Shown: in pieces, positions 44,701 to 47,700 of the stretch
Layout of the letters: the number at the start of each line of letters is the position of its first letter
Position numbering within the stretch: position 1 is the stretch's first letter
DNA from: an uncultured Christensenellaceae bacterium
GTDB taxonomy: Bacteria > Bacillota > Clostridia > Christensenellales > CAG-1252
Reading direction: 5' to 3'
DNA length: 64,000 nucleotides
Assembly (NCBI GenBank): GCA_964561145.1
Contig: CAZLNZ010000005.1
Span: forward strand, 3,449 to 67,448
Notes under the pieces: model-generated
What the model was told of the DNA's origin: nothing
The model's input: the letters and a program-made list of their open reading frames with translations, nothing else
The model's database searches: none
Program-made: the position numbers and the translations under genes

Positions 44701-47700
44701 CAAGCACAAAGCGTAACGGCATATCTGGGAACAGTCGGTAGCGATCCTCAAAACGTATATCTCCCGATTGTAATCAATAATACAAATCCTGAGTATGTAG
44801 CAAACGGCGGTCGCAACGACTATAGAGGTATTTACACAACCAAGGAACAGCTTGGAATGCTATATTTAGGAGAGATGCACTTAGCAGGAACCTATCAAGT
44901 TACTGCAGTATTTGAAATTGCTGATTATGGTAGTGTGTACAGTGCAGGGGCTAATCTCTATGGCGATAACGAGTATCTAAAATATTTAAGCAACAACTAT
45001 GTGCTTGAAAATGCCGAGAAGAGTTATGAAATCGCCAAGGCGGAATTGAATGTACGTTGGTACTACGATACTCTGATGGAAACTTCAAACGGCTTACGCT
45101 CCTCTTGGTTCGAAAAGTATGCTAATCTTCGTTCCGATTATTTGGATTACATTGAAAACGGCTTAATCTTCAATAGTAGCTCGATGCCGTTATACGGGGT
45201 AGAGTATTCTAACTCGTATCCTTTCGTATATGATGGCTTTAATCATGGTGTATTTGCCGTGGTTTACGGGCTTATAGGAGATTCCTTCTATGATTATCCT
45301 TTGTCGAGCGTGGAGGTTACTCGTGACGCCTATGGCGGCTATGTCGGAAACGGAAAATACGGTGTAATTTATTCAACTTCGACCTATGAAAACGCCTCGG
45401 GTACTTATGACATATCGATTTCAGGCTTTGAAGGATATTGTCATTCCTTTGAGGATTACGTAACAACTAACGCACGCTTTGACTATAACTATAAGCTAAG
45501 CGAGAATTCCGTCGGTAATTCAACGCTACGCTGGAGAATAGACAGACGTGTATTAGATCAAATAGCCTCCTTTGAGGAAAATAATGTACAAACCTCTTCA
45601 TTGAAGAAGTACTATAACGGCTCTGTTAAGTTTGACTTTAGCACAAAGAACGGACAGGCGTTGACAACAGAGTTCTATCTTGGATCCTTCTCGGGTGATG
45701 GTTCCTTCTTGGTTATGACATCACTTGAAGCAAGTGGATTGACTATCTCCGAATTTACAACAGACCTCGGATATAGGCTATATGTCAGCAAGGGAGCCGG
45801 TTATGCTTTGGCAACTGCTGCAGACCTTATCACGGGTCAACTTTATACTTTGGTAGATGAAATCTATGAGAGCTACAATGAAAATGAACATGGTGCTTTA
45901 CCGAAATATGGTTATGCCGGCGGAATGCTGATCTTCCATAAGAATGCCTCCTACTTCGATGTAGCAAGTCTTGAAGAGATTGCAAACGGAAATGACCTAT
46001 ACGTATCTATTTCAACAACTAACGATTTCACCACTTCAAACGTTGCAAGGGTTGATATCGAAAATGTTAACGAGCTTCTTGTTATCAATACTATAATTAA
46101 GATGAATCTTAATGCGGAATACGATAATGAATCGGATACCATTGTAATCAACCTTGTAAATGCGATTGCCGGAGATTTATTCGGTCAAGGTGGTGTGGGC
46201 GATCTCTTAGGTAAGTATGCAAATCTTGTCAATACAGGTTCGATACAAGCTGAGCACGCTGATACGAGAAGCAATAATTCTGCGATTATGGAGCTCGGAG
46301 CTTTCAATGTTGCGGGATATACCTTTAGTCAAGAGTATAGCGGCACTAACGAAACCGAAAACGTTGTTGTCAATCTTGACATAACTATAATGCCTATCCC
46401 TGTTGAGATTCGTTTGAACGGAAACAAGGTATACGATGGAAAGGGATACAGCGGAAACATCGAAAACGATGCGTTGATAGGAAATAGCGATGAGCTTGCA
46501 AACAAACTCGGATTAGAGATTAATGTAAGAGATATTCGTTCTCGTAACGGAATTGTTGACGGCGGTTCTATCGATTTGATCAACGTGTTGAGTATATGGC
46601 ACACAGAGAAGGAAAGAGATGACTCTAGATACTACTATGTGACGACCAGAGAAGTTAATTCTGTAACAGAGTATGGTGCAATTCTTTTTGCGGAGCTTGA
46701 CGAATTCATCTCATTAGGCTATGCAATAACAGAGTATGTCAATTCCGCTGATATTGCCTCTTATTTTGGACGATATGTAAGAAGTGCTACTGAATACAAT
46801 AGCGAAAAGCACGGACAAATATCAAACGGAAATGTCACAACAGGTAACTATGTTATTTATGCTAAACGAGGATCGAAGTATTACGAGGCAACTCTAGAGG
46901 AAATTTCCGGCGGTGTCGATTTGTACGTATTTGAAAATGCGGTATCCTATATTTCCTATGATCCCGAAAACGGCGGGGTATATGGTGCCGTAGACGTAGA
47001 GAATGGTAACACAACCTCCGAAGGCTATAGTGTTTATTACTTCAACGGAACGGATTACACCTTGGCAACAGGCGAACAGCTTAGCTTGGGAGCAAACCTA
47101 TTTGTTGCTTGCTATGAGGTGATAGACAGTGAGTTGTTTGATGAACTCCTCAACTGCTTTGTTATCGATTCCTTGAGAACCACAGGTTCGAATGCAGGTA
47201 AATATACTCCCGAATATGTGGAGTATGATTCAACCACGCATGGAAGAATACTAGCTAGCGGAAAGACGATCTCAGGCATTCAACTCTTCTATAGAATAGG
47301 CGAAACCTATTATGTTGCCGATTCCGAGCATGCGAAGTCAGGTACTAACTTGTATGTATTCGATTTAACAGGCTATGTTCCTTATGACGAGAGCTTACAT
47401 GGTGATCTTGAGTATATTCGTCAAACTGTCACAGACTTGGATGTGGTATACACTCTTTATTATAGCAAGGATGGAAATAATTTCTCCGTTGCAAGTAATG
47501 AACAGGTAAGAGATGGCGTGGATCTCTACGTATTGGAGAACGGTTTAGTAGTTAGCATTTTGACCTCGTCAGATTACTGTGGCGGCTCTTATGCAAACTA
47601 TTCGATAACATTATCTCTCGATTCGAGCTATGAGATATATAAACGCAATCTCTATGTTGTGTATGATAAGCTTGTGCAATCCTATAACGGAGAATTAGTT

